Positions 18,803 through 27,819 of a DNA stretch of 35,816 nt are shown piece after piece; the stretch's first letter is position 1; every line of letters begins with the position of its first letter. The DNA is taken from assembly GCA_964007735.1 (NCBI GenBank), contig CAXGAI010000047.1, positions 1 through 35,816 of the forward strand, written 5' to 3'. The notes under the pieces are model-generated. The model was not told where the DNA came from. It ran no database searches and saw only the letters and a list, made by a program, of their open reading frames with translations. The translations under genes were made by a program, and so were the position numbers. The DNA comes from an uncultured Rhodopirellula sp. (GTDB taxonomy: Bacteria > Planctomycetota > Planctomycetia > Pirellulales > Pirellulaceae).

Positions 18803-20308
18803 ATGTCCTACCATATTGCTGTTGGTGCTCTGCTTGTGGAATGTAATCATTTCGGTGGTATTCCCACGGACTTGGAGTCGTTTAAGAGGACCCAGTACCT
18901 GCTAGCAGAAGAATTGATGATGTTGAAAGATGGTACGCTTGGTGGATATTTCGATGTGCTCTGTGGGCCGGAGTCACCGTTCGAGGTCGTTCCTGCTTTA
19001 GCCGCGACGGCCTGTCCGGGTGGACTGGTAACAGACCAGGCCTATGAAGAGATTAAAACTAAAATGTTGTCAGTCATTGGGTCGGCGAAAGATGCCGGGC
19101 AACTTGATGGAGTGTTGTTAGCCCTGCATGGTTCAGCCGCATCGGATAGTTATTGCGATTTAGAAGGGGATTTGCTTAGGTCGGTACGTAGCTTGGTTGG
19201 TGATGCGACCCCGATCGTGGCAACGCTTGATCTGCATGCTCACGTTACGCAAGACATGATAGACAGCTCGGATGTGCTGGTGGCATGGGAAACCTACCCT
19301 CACAGGGATGCGAGGGAAACAGGGGTTCGTGGTGCCCAGGCCATGTGTGACATCCTTACCGGCAAGCTTAAACCAACGATGGCTATGGGGCTGGCCCCCG
19401 TTTTAGTCGGCGCTATTAATGGCACGACAGATGGTGATGGCCCGTTTGCTAAAACGATGCAGCTAGCGAAGCGAATGGAAAGTCAAAGCGAGGTCTATTC
19501 CACCAGCGCGTTTTTAGTTCACCCTTATCTCGATGCTCCAGGGATGGGAGGCGGTGGACTGGTTGTCACCAATGATAATCAGCGATTGGCAGATGAATTG
19601 GCACGAGAGCTTGCTGAGTTCTACTGGGAACAGCGATATTCCTTGGAGCCGGAACTTTTTGAGATTGATGATGCTATTCAATTCGGATTGGCGAATGAAG
19701 GCCCGGTGGTATTAGTTGAAACCGCGGATTGTTGTGGAGGTGGAGCTGCAGGAGATAGTGTTCAGCTGTTACCTGCTTTGATGGATTTGGGGCCTGACAT
19801 GCTGTCGGTACTCCCGGTGGTGGATCGCGAAGCTGCAGCCCAATGTCATGTAGCTGGCATCGGAGCAAAACTGGGGCTTCAGCTTGGGCATAAACATGAC
19901 CCCAAGTGGGGGAGGGCTGTTTTTATTGAGGCGGAAGTGATCAATTTGACCGACGGTTGTTTCATCTATGAAGGTGGTATTTGGGATGGATGTGAAGGGA
20001 ATATGGGGCCGGCGGCGGTGGTGAAGGTGGCTGGGGTGTATGTTTGTATTGCCTCCTACCCTACTTATGAATGGTGTGGTGAACAATATCCGTCTCTGGG
20101 AGTAGATGTTGCGCAAATGAAGTTTATCGTTGCGAAGAATCCGATGAATTATCGGATGGCATTTGAGTATTGTAGCGAACTATTTATGGTGCTTGATACT
20201 CGTGGGCCAACGCCGGCCACTTGTAAACATCTGTCTTACACGGAGACTGTTCGGCCAGCATTTCCCTGGGATCCAGACTTGGAGAATCCTCTTCGGGTTT
20301 TGCGTTAG
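18803..20308 (+). CDS. M81 family metallopeptidase (MlrC-like)
   Basis: Start reassigned to ATG 18803 downstream of AGGAG. ECNHF, LALHG, DLEGDLL, LDLHAH, TYPHRD and D..GGG..GD motifs; C-terminal RP.FP.D. Confidence 0.9.
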   Translation: MSYHIAVGALLVECNHFGGIPTDLESFKRTQYLLAEELMMLKDGTLGGYFDVLCGPESPFEVVPALAATACPGGLVTDQAYEEIKTKMLSVIGSAKDAGQLDGVLLALHGSAASDSYCDLEGDLLRSVRSLVGDATPIVATLDLHAHVTQDMIDSSDVLVAWETYPHRDARETGVRGAQAMCDILTGKLKPTMAMGLAPVLVGAINGTTDGDGPFAKTMQLAKRMESQSEVYSTSAFLVHPYLDAPGMGGGGLVVTNDNQRLADELARELAEFYWEQRYSLEPELFEIDDAIQFGLANEGPVVLVETADCCGGGAAGDSVQLLPALMDLGPDMLSVLPVVDREAAAQCHVAGIGAKLGLQLGHKHDPKWGRAVFIEAEVINLTDGCFIYEGGIWDGCEGNMGPAAVVKVAGVYVCIASYPTYEWCGEQYPSLGVDVAQMKFIVAKNPMNYRMAFEYCSELFMVLDTRGPTPATCKHLSYTETVRPAFPWDPDLENPLRVLR

Positions 20309-20323
20309 ATAAACCAAGCGTTT

Positions 20324-20791
20324 TTAGAGAGGCTTGTTGGGGTCTTTGATTTGTCCTGCGGCGTTATTACTGGGGTCGTAGCGTCGGGAGCGGTCTGATT
20401 CGCGACGACGATCTAGTCCAGCACGATCAAGCAGGCTTTGCCCGAGGATTGTTCTTAGCCCATCATCATCCGACGGAGGGGGCCCCGAAGCCCCTAGATC
20501 AGCTGGATCATATTCAACGGTGAATTGGTGTTTAGCAAACTGAATGACGCATCCGGGATCCAGACGCTTAATGTTGATCCGTTCATTGTGAACGCGAGTT
20601 CCGTTACGACTATTTAAGTCGCGTGCGAACCAATAACCTTCGTTAACATAAAGCTGGCAGTGGTGGGCAGATACGTTTTTAAACCGTAAGACAATGTCAC
20701 AACTCTCCCGGCGGCCCACCAGAAGTTTTTCGTTCAATAATGGAATGGTGTCTCCACCACCGACAGGTTCGAGCTTACCGTACTTATTCAT
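20324..20791 (-). CDS. FHA domain protein
   Basis: VGRRESCDIVL, VSAHH and DLNSRNGT FHA motifs; charged disordered tail. Confidence 0.9.
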   Translation of the reverse strand: MNKYGKLEPVGGGDTIPLLNEKLLVGRRESCDIVLRFKNVSAHHCQLYVNEGYWFARDLNSRNGTRVHNERINIKRLDPGCVIQFAKHQFTVEYDPADLGASGPPPSDDDGLRTILGQSLLDRAGLDRRRESDRSRRYDPSNNAAGQIKDPNKPL

Positions 20792-21025
20792 AGGATGTAA
20801 TAAACTTGTTGCTTAAAAACTGGATAAACTATCACTGTTGGAGACCTTAAATATGATCACAACAAACAGTAAATTGCCTCAAATATTACCGCCTAGGTAC
20901 TGTGTTTCTTTGAAACTGGTACCATAAGGTAGGCTTGCTGGAAGCCTTTCCGACAGAGTCCGCTGGGACATCGACGGATTTGTTACGAGTATTCTAGATT
21001 AGAGCGTTAGTTAGTCAAACGTCAG

Positions 21026-22003
21026 ATGAGTATAAAAACTCAAAAGGATGTAAACTTAGTCCCGGAATATGATTGGCGGCAGGCCGGATTGCGCTATTAT
21101 TCTCTGGGTTTTCATTTGAAGAGTAAGTTTGGTGAACGCGTCCAGAAAGTTAGCCTGGACGCTGGATTTACATGTCCGAACGTTGATGGTTCCGTTACAA
21201 CGGGTGGTTGCACGTTCTGTGATAACCGTAGTTTTAGTCCCAGTCGGCGTGTACGACGACAGGACATTCTTGACCAACTCAATGACGGTATTTCCCGAGT
21301 TAAAGGGCGTTATGATGTACGCAGGTTCATTGCTTATTATCAGCCTGCGACAAATACATATGCCCCCGTGGATAAACTGAGGCCTTTGTATGACTTGCCA
21401 CTCGATCACCCGGATGTCGTAGGGATGGCGATTGGAACTCGGCCGGACTGCGTCCCCGATGACGTCCTCGATTTACTTGAGGAATTTGCCGCGAAGACCT
21501 ATCTGTCAGTAGAGTATGGCATGCAAACAATGCACGATAAGTCGCTGGACTGGATGAATCGTGGGCATCACCACGATGCGTTTGTTGATGCAATGAATCG
21601 TAGCCGCGGTCGAGGTTTTGAGATCTGTGCGCATGTTATTCTTGGTTTGCCTGGTGAGTCGCATGATGACATGATGGCTACAGCTAAAGAGTTAGCCCGC
21701 TCCGGAGTGGATGCTGTTAAGTTGCATAACCTCTATGCCGTTAAAAGAACATTATTGGCAGATCAGGTTAATAGTGGCGAAGTCACGTTGATCGATCGCG
21801 AGGATTACGTTCGGGCTGTTGTTGATTTCCTTGAATTAACTCCCCCCCATGTTGTGGTGGAACGAGTGAGTGGGGATGCTCCCCCGGATTATTTCGTGGC
21901 TCCCGACTGGTGTTTAGACAAGCCTGGGGTGCGGGCAATGATCGATCAGGAGTTTGCAAGAAGAGATAGTTTTCAGGGCATTCGAGTTTCTGAGAGTTTT
22001 TAA
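21026..22003 (+). CDS. TIGR01212/YhcC family radical SAM protein
   Basis: DAGFTCPNVDG...GGCTFC, TNTYA, IGTRPDC, VEYGMQT, NRGH, HVILGLPGE and KLHNL. Confidence 0.92.
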   Translation: MSIKTQKDVNLVPEYDWRQAGLRYYSLGFHLKSKFGERVQKVSLDAGFTCPNVDGSVTTGGCTFCDNRSFSPSRRVRRQDILDQLNDGISRVKGRYDVRRFIAYYQPATNTYAPVDKLRPLYDLPLDHPDVVGMAIGTRPDCVPDDVLDLLEEFAAKTYLSVEYGMQTMHDKSLDWMNRGHHHDAFVDAMNRSRGRGFEICAHVILGLPGESHDDMMATAKELARSGVDAVKLHNLYAVKRTLLADQVNSGEVTLIDREDYVRAVVDFLELTPPHVVVERVSGDAPPDYFVAPDWCLDKPGVRAMIDQEFARRDSFQGIRVSESF

Positions 22004-22031
22004 CCTTTTGAAGAAAAGATTGGTGTTCACC

Positions 22032-23858
22032 ATGAAAAAACTGGTGTTTTTAATTCTCCTTTGTGTTGGCTCCGTAGCCATGGGAGTTGAGACAGAGCAG
22101 CATATTACCCATGGCCCAATTCTTGGTCGTTTAACGGATACCAGTGTTGGTGTTTGGGCTCGTACTGGCTATCCCGGTAAGTTTACCGTTCGTTACGGCT
22201 ATACTCCGGAAGCGTTGGATCAGGAAAGTAATGCTGTGAGTACCGCGTTGGTTAGCGATTGCACCGCTTGGTTGGAAATTCGCAATCTGAAGCCAAATAC
22301 AAAGTACTACTACAAATTGGTTTTGCCTGGCTTTACCGATTTGACTGCTCGCGGTGGATCTTTTCGGACATTGCCTAACGGCGCGCAGTATGTTAATGAA
22401 AAGCTGAATCCTAAAGGACTGTTTAACTTTAAGTTCGAATATGCATGTGGTAACAATCAGAACCCGGGTCATAGTAACGGCCCTGCTCTTCCCGCTTTCA
22501 ATACGATGCTGCGGGAAATCAAGGATGATATCAACTTTGCGATTCTTAATGGGGACTGGTTGTATGAAACACAGCGTGAATATACTCCTGCCCAATGGCT
22601 ACAACAGGTTGGTCAGGACTCGGGCATAGCACCCAAACTAATCAAAGATGCTCCGGCTATCGTTGGTGTTTGGCAAAACTACAAGCATTTCATGGATCGG
22701 GCGCCGGCTCTGGAGCAATGGCATAGTCAGGTTCCTTCATTCTTTACTTACGATGATCATGAGATCCTTAATGATATCTGGGGAGCCGGCAGTCCTGGGT
22801 TGCGGGATCGGCGAGCGGTCTTTCGTGATATTGGAGTACGAGCCTGGTATGACTATTTGGGCTGGGCTAATCCAACTTCCTTCCCACAACGAGTGCATTT
22901 AAGTACCGGTAGTGTGAAAGCGGATGGGGATGTCGTGACCGATCCAACAGCTAATTTCAAAATGATGGATCTGGAGCAGGTGAACAATTTACATGTGCAC
23001 TGGGGAACGAGAACTGAAGGCGTTAATGAAAACGCGCTGGACGGCGTCGGGGGATTAAAAAATGCCGGCGTTTACGAAATTATTGAAGTGCTGGATGAAA
23101 ACCGTGTTCGGGTTGCGCCGGCGTTTAAGGAAGATGGTGCGGTTCCCTACTCGATTGGCCGCCGATCCTATTTCAAGATGAGTATCGCCAATTGTGATTT
23201 CTTCGTGTGTGATACGCGCGGACAGCGTCAGATGCATGATCGATCAGATCCCCATAAGAAAATCTCAATGCTCGGATTGAAGCAACGCGAGTGGCTACTT
23301 AAAGGGGTTCAGGAGAGTAAGGCGGACTTTATTTTTGTCGTTTCGAGCGTCAACTTTATGGTACCCCATGTCGGCGGTGGAGTTGTGCGGGCTAACAACA
23401 AGGATGATGCGTGGACCGTATTTTATCATGAACGAGAAATGCTGATTAACGCGTGGGATAAAATTGATCAACCCGTGTTTGTTTTAACGGGTGACCTACA
23501 TAATAGCTTTGCTTGTCAAATCACGGACAATGTCTTTGAATTCGCTTCCGGACCGCACAATTCCAACAATCACTACTACACAGATGAAGGTGATCGACCA
23601 GCTAATGGACTGTTTAAGTATGGACCACGCGAAGTTGATATTTTGTGGTCAACCCGGTGGGAGAACGATGTGCCTCGTGATCAATTGCGAGGTCCCACTT
23701 ACTGTGTTGTTCAGATTAACAATGTATATAACAACCCGCTGGAAGTTGGTGGTGAACGTTGGGTGGCCTTTCCACGGCCTCAGGTCGTTTTTCAGTATTA
23801 CAACGGCCTCAACGGAAAGCTCCGGTGGGCGCACAGTGTACGTGCCCCCGCGAAATAG
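22032..23858 (+). CDS. PhoD-family alkaline phosphatase/phosphodiesterase with a large internal insertion
   Basis: Start reassigned to ATG 22032 (MKKLVFLILL, signal peptide). N-terminal Ig-like region (VWAR, LKPNTKYYY, FRTLP); AC, GDWLYE, DDHEILND, DTRGQR, MLG..Q.EWL and TGDLH. Confidence 0.85.
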   Translation: MKKLVFLILLCVGSVAMGVETEQHITHGPILGRLTDTSVGVWARTGYPGKFTVRYGYTPEALDQESNAVSTALVSDCTAWLEIRNLKPNTKYYYKLVLPGFTDLTARGGSFRTLPNGAQYVNEKLNPKGLFNFKFEYACGNNQNPGHSNGPALPAFNTMLREIKDDINFAILNGDWLYETQREYTPAQWLQQVGQDSGIAPKLIKDAPAIVGVWQNYKHFMDRAPALEQWHSQVPSFFTYDDHEILNDIWGAGSPGLRDRRAVFRDIGVRAWYDYLGWANPTSFPQRVHLSTGSVKADGDVVTDPTANFKMMDLEQVNNLHVHWGTRTEGVNENALDGVGGLKNAGVYEIIEVLDENRVRVAPAFKEDGAVPYSIGRRSYFKMSIANCDFFVCDTRGQRQMHDRSDPHKKISMLGLKQREWLLKGVQESKADFIFVVSSVNFMVPHVGGGVVRANNKDDAWTVFYHEREMLINAWDKIDQPVFVLTGDLHNSFACQITDNVFEFASGPHNSNNHYYTDEGDRPANGLFKYGPREVDILWSTRWENDVPRDQLRGPTYCVVQINNVYNNPLEVGGERWVAFPRPQVVFQYYNGLNGKLRWAHSVRAPAK

Positions 23859-23878
23859 CAATGAAAAGGAACAGTTAA

Positions 23879-24634
23879 ATGCCACATGATTTTACGAATA
23901 AAGTGGCGGTCGTCACGGGCGGCTCACGAGGGATTGGACTGGCCGTAGCAAAGCAGTTGGCATCTTACGGTGCCAAAGTCTGTATTAATTATAATTCCAG
24001 TAAAGAGCGAGCCGAAAAGGCGGTCGAAGAGATCCGCCAGGCTGGCGGTGATGCGGTTGCTGTGCAGGCAGATGTTTCCGATCTGGATCAGGCAAAGCGA
24101 TTGATACAGCAAGCCGAAGACCAACTTGGTCCGGTCGATTTTCTGGTTAATAACGCTGGTGTTTTTGATGTGGCTGCGCATGATGAATTTGATGAGCAGA
24201 TGTGGCACCACACTATGAAGATCAATGTGGATGGCGTCTTTTACTGCACCTGGGCCGTGAAAGATAGCATGGTGGCGAGGAAGTATGGTCGTATCGTTAA
24301 TATCGCATCGATCGCCGGCCTGGAAGCGAAGCCATATGCCATTGCGTATGCGACAAGTAAAGCTGCTGTTGTGGGATTTACTCGAAGTTTAGGACAGGCA
24401 CTTGCAGCTGAGAATGTTCGGGTCAACGCCGTAGCGCCGGGGTTAATTGATACAGAGATTCTCGAGGGATTTGATCAGACACAAAAAGAACATTTGATTA
24501 ATATTACACCGTCTAAACGTATCGGGCAGGCAGAAGAAGTAGCGCACATGGTGAGTTTTCTTCTCTCCGATGAAGCGGACTTTACGGTTGGTCAGACGGT
24601 GGTGCTCTCCGGTGGTAGGGTTAATCTTCCTTAA
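23879..24634 (+). CDS. SDR oxidoreductase (FabG-like)
   Basis: TGGSRGIG, VNNAG, YATSK, VNAVAPGLIDT. Confidence 0.93.
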   Translation: MPHDFTNKVAVVTGGSRGIGLAVAKQLASYGAKVCINYNSSKERAEKAVEEIRQAGGDAVAVQADVSDLDQAKRLIQQAEDQLGPVDFLVNNAGVFDVAAHDEFDEQMWHHTMKINVDGVFYCTWAVKDSMVARKYGRIVNIASIAGLEAKPYAIAYATSKAAVVGFTRSLGQALAAENVRVNAVAPGLIDTEILEGFDQTQKEHLINITPSKRIGQAEEVAHMVSFLLSDEADFTVGQTVVLSGGRVNLP

Positions 24635-24725
24635 TGAATTACAGGTTCGAAGATTGCAGAGTAATTCGTTAAGATGAAAGTACTGGTTGTTAGAAGAATA
24701 GAACTTAACTTTTGAAGAGAAACTT

Positions 24726-26024
24726 ATGAGAAGATATTTTCGTTTTACTTCAACTAGCATCGCCCTGTTGGTAATGCTGTCTTACGTCAGTCAGGTAGGT
24801 GCTCAGACCTGGGGCCAATTCCGAGGTGATTCAGGTTTAGGTGTTTCTAGTAGCCAAGATTTGCCGGTCAAATGGAGTGATGATTCAGTCGCTTGGAGTG
24901 TAGCTCTCCCAGGGCAGGGAAATTCTTCTCCAGCAGTAAATTCCGTGGGTGTTTATGTAACAAGTCAAACTAAGGATATGGGGTTACATGTTTTAGCGTT
25001 CTCAAGCGTTGACGGAAAACCTTTATGGAGCAAGAAAGTTGGGGAGGGCCTGCTAGCAGCTAAAGGCCCGGCCAATCTATACGCTCATCGCCATAATGCA
25101 GCTACTCCCTCGCCGATCGTGGATGACAGCAATGTCTGGGCATTTTTCGGCTCTGGTTTGCTTGTCTGTCTCGATGCCAAAAGTGGCGCGTTGAAATGGG
25201 AAGTCGATATGGTTCAGGAGTATGGTGCCTACGACATCACATTTGGGATGGGATCAACTCCTCGGCTTGTAGACGATAAGCTGATCGTTTCGTGTATGAC
25301 CAAAGGGGCTTCTTACGTTGTGGCGCTCCAGGCCAAGAACGGTGAGTTGGTGTGGAAGCATGACCGCCGGTTTCCAGCGAAGGACGATGGCCCCGACGCT
25401 TACTCAACCCCTACGATTGTCAAGGTTAACGGTCAGCAGCAGCTGATTATAACCGGTTGCGATCATATCAATGCTTATGCTCCCGATACAGGCGATCAGT
25501 TGTGGTATTCGAGTGGTCTCCAGATTGCCAGCCCTTATGGCCGAGTGATTGCTTCGCCGGTTGCCAATTCAGGGGTTGTTGTGGGGACTTCAGCGAATCC
25601 CGGTGGTGGCGGACTGGGCCATATTATGGCTTGGAAGCTCGGCGGTAAAGGAAATGTACGGGACTCCGCGGTTTTGTGGCGGCATGCAAAGAGTACACCG
25701 GATTCTTCTACGCCAGTCGCTCTTAATGGGATGCTTTTCACGCTGGCCGATAACGGAGTTGCTACCTGCCTTGATATTAAGACCGGGGATGTGAAATGGG
25801 TGAAACGACTAGCAACAGGAACAAGTTATGCATCATTGGTTGCCGGTGGCGGCAATATCTATGCGATGGGTATTAACGGTACGGCGGTTGTTTTTAAGGC
25901 AGACGAAACAGGTGCGGTGGTTGCTACTAACAAGCTGGAGGGTCAGTTTTACTCGACACCAGCGTTAGTCGGCGACAAAATTTTCTTGCGAGCTTATGAA
26001 AAACTGGTTGCGATTAAGAAGTAA
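24726..26024 (+). CDS. PQQ-binding-like beta-propeller (BamB-like repeat) protein, exported
   Basis: W.QFRG, LP.KWS, PG.GNSSP, repeated D..G..W blade motifs, YSTP, and STPA....IFLR; signal peptide. Confidence 0.9.
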   Translation: MRRYFRFTSTSIALLVMLSYVSQVGAQTWGQFRGDSGLGVSSSQDLPVKWSDDSVAWSVALPGQGNSSPAVNSVGVYVTSQTKDMGLHVLAFSSVDGKPLWSKKVGEGLLAAKGPANLYAHRHNAATPSPIVDDSNVWAFFGSGLLVCLDAKSGALKWEVDMVQEYGAYDITFGMGSTPRLVDDKLIVSCMTKGASYVVALQAKNGELVWKHDRRFPAKDDGPDAYSTPTIVKVNGQQQLIITGCDHINAYAPDTGDQLWYSSGLQIASPYGRVIASPVANSGVVVGTSANPGGGGLGHIMAWKLGGKGNVRDSAVLWRHAKSTPDSSTPVALNGMLFTLADNGVATCLDIKTGDVKWVKRLATGTSYASLVAGGGNIYAMGINGTAVVFKADETGAVVATNKLEGQFYSTPALVGDKIFLRAYEKLVAIKK

Positions 26025-26036
26025 CTCAAAGGTGCA

Positions 26037-26654
26037 ATGATGAGTAGCGAAACGAAAGTACAGCTTTCACCTGATCCCAAGTACAGGCAAATGGTTGAAT
26101 TTCTGACGGATCTTGGAACGGAGAAGATAGGCCACTCAGGTGATAAGAAGTACCTTGCCCATCTGATCTCGGTCTTTAATGATGTGCGGAACTGGGGCGG
26201 CCCCCAGTATTTAGCTCGTTCCGGGATGTTCCACTCGATCTATGGGACTCAGTTGTTTCAGGGATTTACTATCCCGCTTGAACGACGTGACGAGTTGATA
26301 GGACTGATTGGTGAAGAGGCGGAGTGGATCGCTTTTTTGAACTGTTTTGTCCATCGTGAACCCTTTGATCAGGCGATTATTGATGGCAACCAAGACTATT
26401 TAGTCTACAACCGTGAGACAGGTGAAAAGTATCAATTGAGCGAGCAAAACTGGAAGGATTTGATCTTCCTGCATCTCTGTGACTGGCTCGAACAGATTGA
26501 AAGGCTGCACTGGTGGGATTATCGTCGCCAAGCCTGGGTCGCCATGGCTAATTATCTCGGTGGTGTTGCGAAGCAAAAGTACGAAGAAGTGATGGCTCGA
26601 GAGCCTGATCGTGCCCTCGGTTTGCATGCCGTCGCGCCTGAGTCGCCACACTAG
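26037..26654 (+). CDS. DUF6817-like protein (HD-like helical domain)
   Basis: HSG...LAHL.....WG......GMFHSIYGT..F......R......IG.EAE pattern, recalled as typical of DUF6817. Confidence 0.7.
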   Translation: MMSSETKVQLSPDPKYRQMVEFLTDLGTEKIGHSGDKKYLAHLISVFNDVRNWGGPQYLARSGMFHSIYGTQLFQGFTIPLERRDELIGLIGEEAEWIAFLNCFVHREPFDQAIIDGNQDYLVYNRETGEKYQLSEQNWKDLIFLHLCDWLEQIERLHWWDYRRQAWVAMANYLGGVAKQKYEEVMAREPDRALGLHAVAPESPH

Positions 26655-26738
26655 TTTTGTTGATTAAGTTCAATAAATAGTCTTTGTTCGGTCCTTTTTG
26701 ATACAACATCAGCGGACTGACATTAAAGGGATAGCTTT

Positions 26739-27782
26739 ATGCGTATTGTTCAGTTTGTGCAACGTGAGGGAACGCGTTCCGTCGGAGTGGTGGACGGTAG
26801 CGAGGTGGTTAATTTGACCGCGACGTTTCCAGAATATGAAACGACGCGAGTATTGGCGTTAGATGCCATTCACAGAGAGGTGGCTTTGGTAGAGATGTTG
26901 GACGACCTATTGCCTCGGTGTGATGACAGGTTGTCGTATGACGATTTGTGGAATGGTGAACCTGGTAGTAACCTATATTTATTGCCCCCGCTAGACCATC
27001 GGGATGACTCTCGGACGTATATCACGGGGACAGGTTTGACACATACGGGCAGCATGCAAAGTCGTGATCAAATGCATGCTGAGACTGAGAAGATGACTGG
27101 AAGTCAACCCGACACAGATTCGGCTAAGATGTTTCAGATGGGGGTGGAAGGTGGAAAGCCGGAAGCTGATTCCCGAGGGACGGCTCCGGAATGGTTCTAT
27201 AAAGGTAATGGTGTTTGTCTGCGTGGGCATCGGGCGGCGCTTGATCTCCCCAGTTTTGCCCTCGATGGGGGCGAAGAGCCTGAGTTTGTAGGTTGTTATG
27301 TTATTGGTCCGTGTGGGACACCCTATCGGATTGGATTCGCATTGGGCAACGAATGGTCAGATCACGCGACCGAGAAGATCAACTATCTGTATCTTGCTCC
27401 GTCGAAATTGCGAACTTGTTCTGTTGGGCCCGAACTAATCGTGGGGGAGAGTTTTGAAGACCTGGATGTGCGAGTTGTGGTGCAACGTAACGGTGAGCTG
27501 ATTTATGACAGTGGAGATCTAAAAAGTGGACAGAGATTTATGTGTCACTCGCTGGTGAACTGTGAAGACCATCACTTCAAATATCCAGCACACCGTCAAC
27601 CGGGTGACGTACATTTGCATTATTTCGGGACCAGTAAACTTAGCTATGGGCAACGTGACTGGAAGTTTCAGGCAGGTGATGTGATCGAGGTCTTGGCAAA
27701 TGGGTTTAGCCGCTCTTTAATCAATTATGTTCAGGACGCGTGTCCTGAAGCAGCCTCCCCTGTGCGAGTTCAAGTTCTTTAA
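26739..27782 (+). CDS. araD1: AraD1/GguC family fumarylacetoacetate-hydrolase-like protein
   Basis: TGTGLTH.GS..SRD.MH, TDS..MF..G.EGGKP, PEWFYKG, EEPE, GNEWSDH..EK.NYLYLA.SKLR and HF/YFGT. Confidence 0.85.
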   Translation: MRIVQFVQREGTRSVGVVDGSEVVNLTATFPEYETTRVLALDAIHREVALVEMLDDLLPRCDDRLSYDDLWNGEPGSNLYLLPPLDHRDDSRTYITGTGLTHTGSMQSRDQMHAETEKMTGSQPDTDSAKMFQMGVEGGKPEADSRGTAPEWFYKGNGVCLRGHRAALDLPSFALDGGEEPEFVGCYVIGPCGTPYRIGFALGNEWSDHATEKINYLYLAPSKLRTCSVGPELIVGESFEDLDVRVVVQRNGELIYDSGDLKSGQRFMCHSLVNCEDHHFKYPAHRQPGDVHLHYFGTSKLSYGQRDWKFQAGDVIEVLANGFSRSLINYVQDACPEAASPVRVQVL

Positions 27783-27819
27783 CAGATCACCGAAACAGGA
27801 TTTTAAGGAAGTCAGCTTT

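Noticed and set aside
18803..20308. Microcystin degradation (mlr) cluster
   Set aside because: Only an M81/MlrC homologue is present, with no mlrA, mlrB or mlrD, and the family is widespread.
24636..26720. Imperfect intergenic hairpins at about 24636-24667 (GAATTAC...GTAATTC) and 26688-26720 (TCGGTCC...GGACTGA) as a REP-like family
   Set aside because: They share no sequence with each other or with other hairpins, and are compatible with chance or generic mRNA-stabilising stems.
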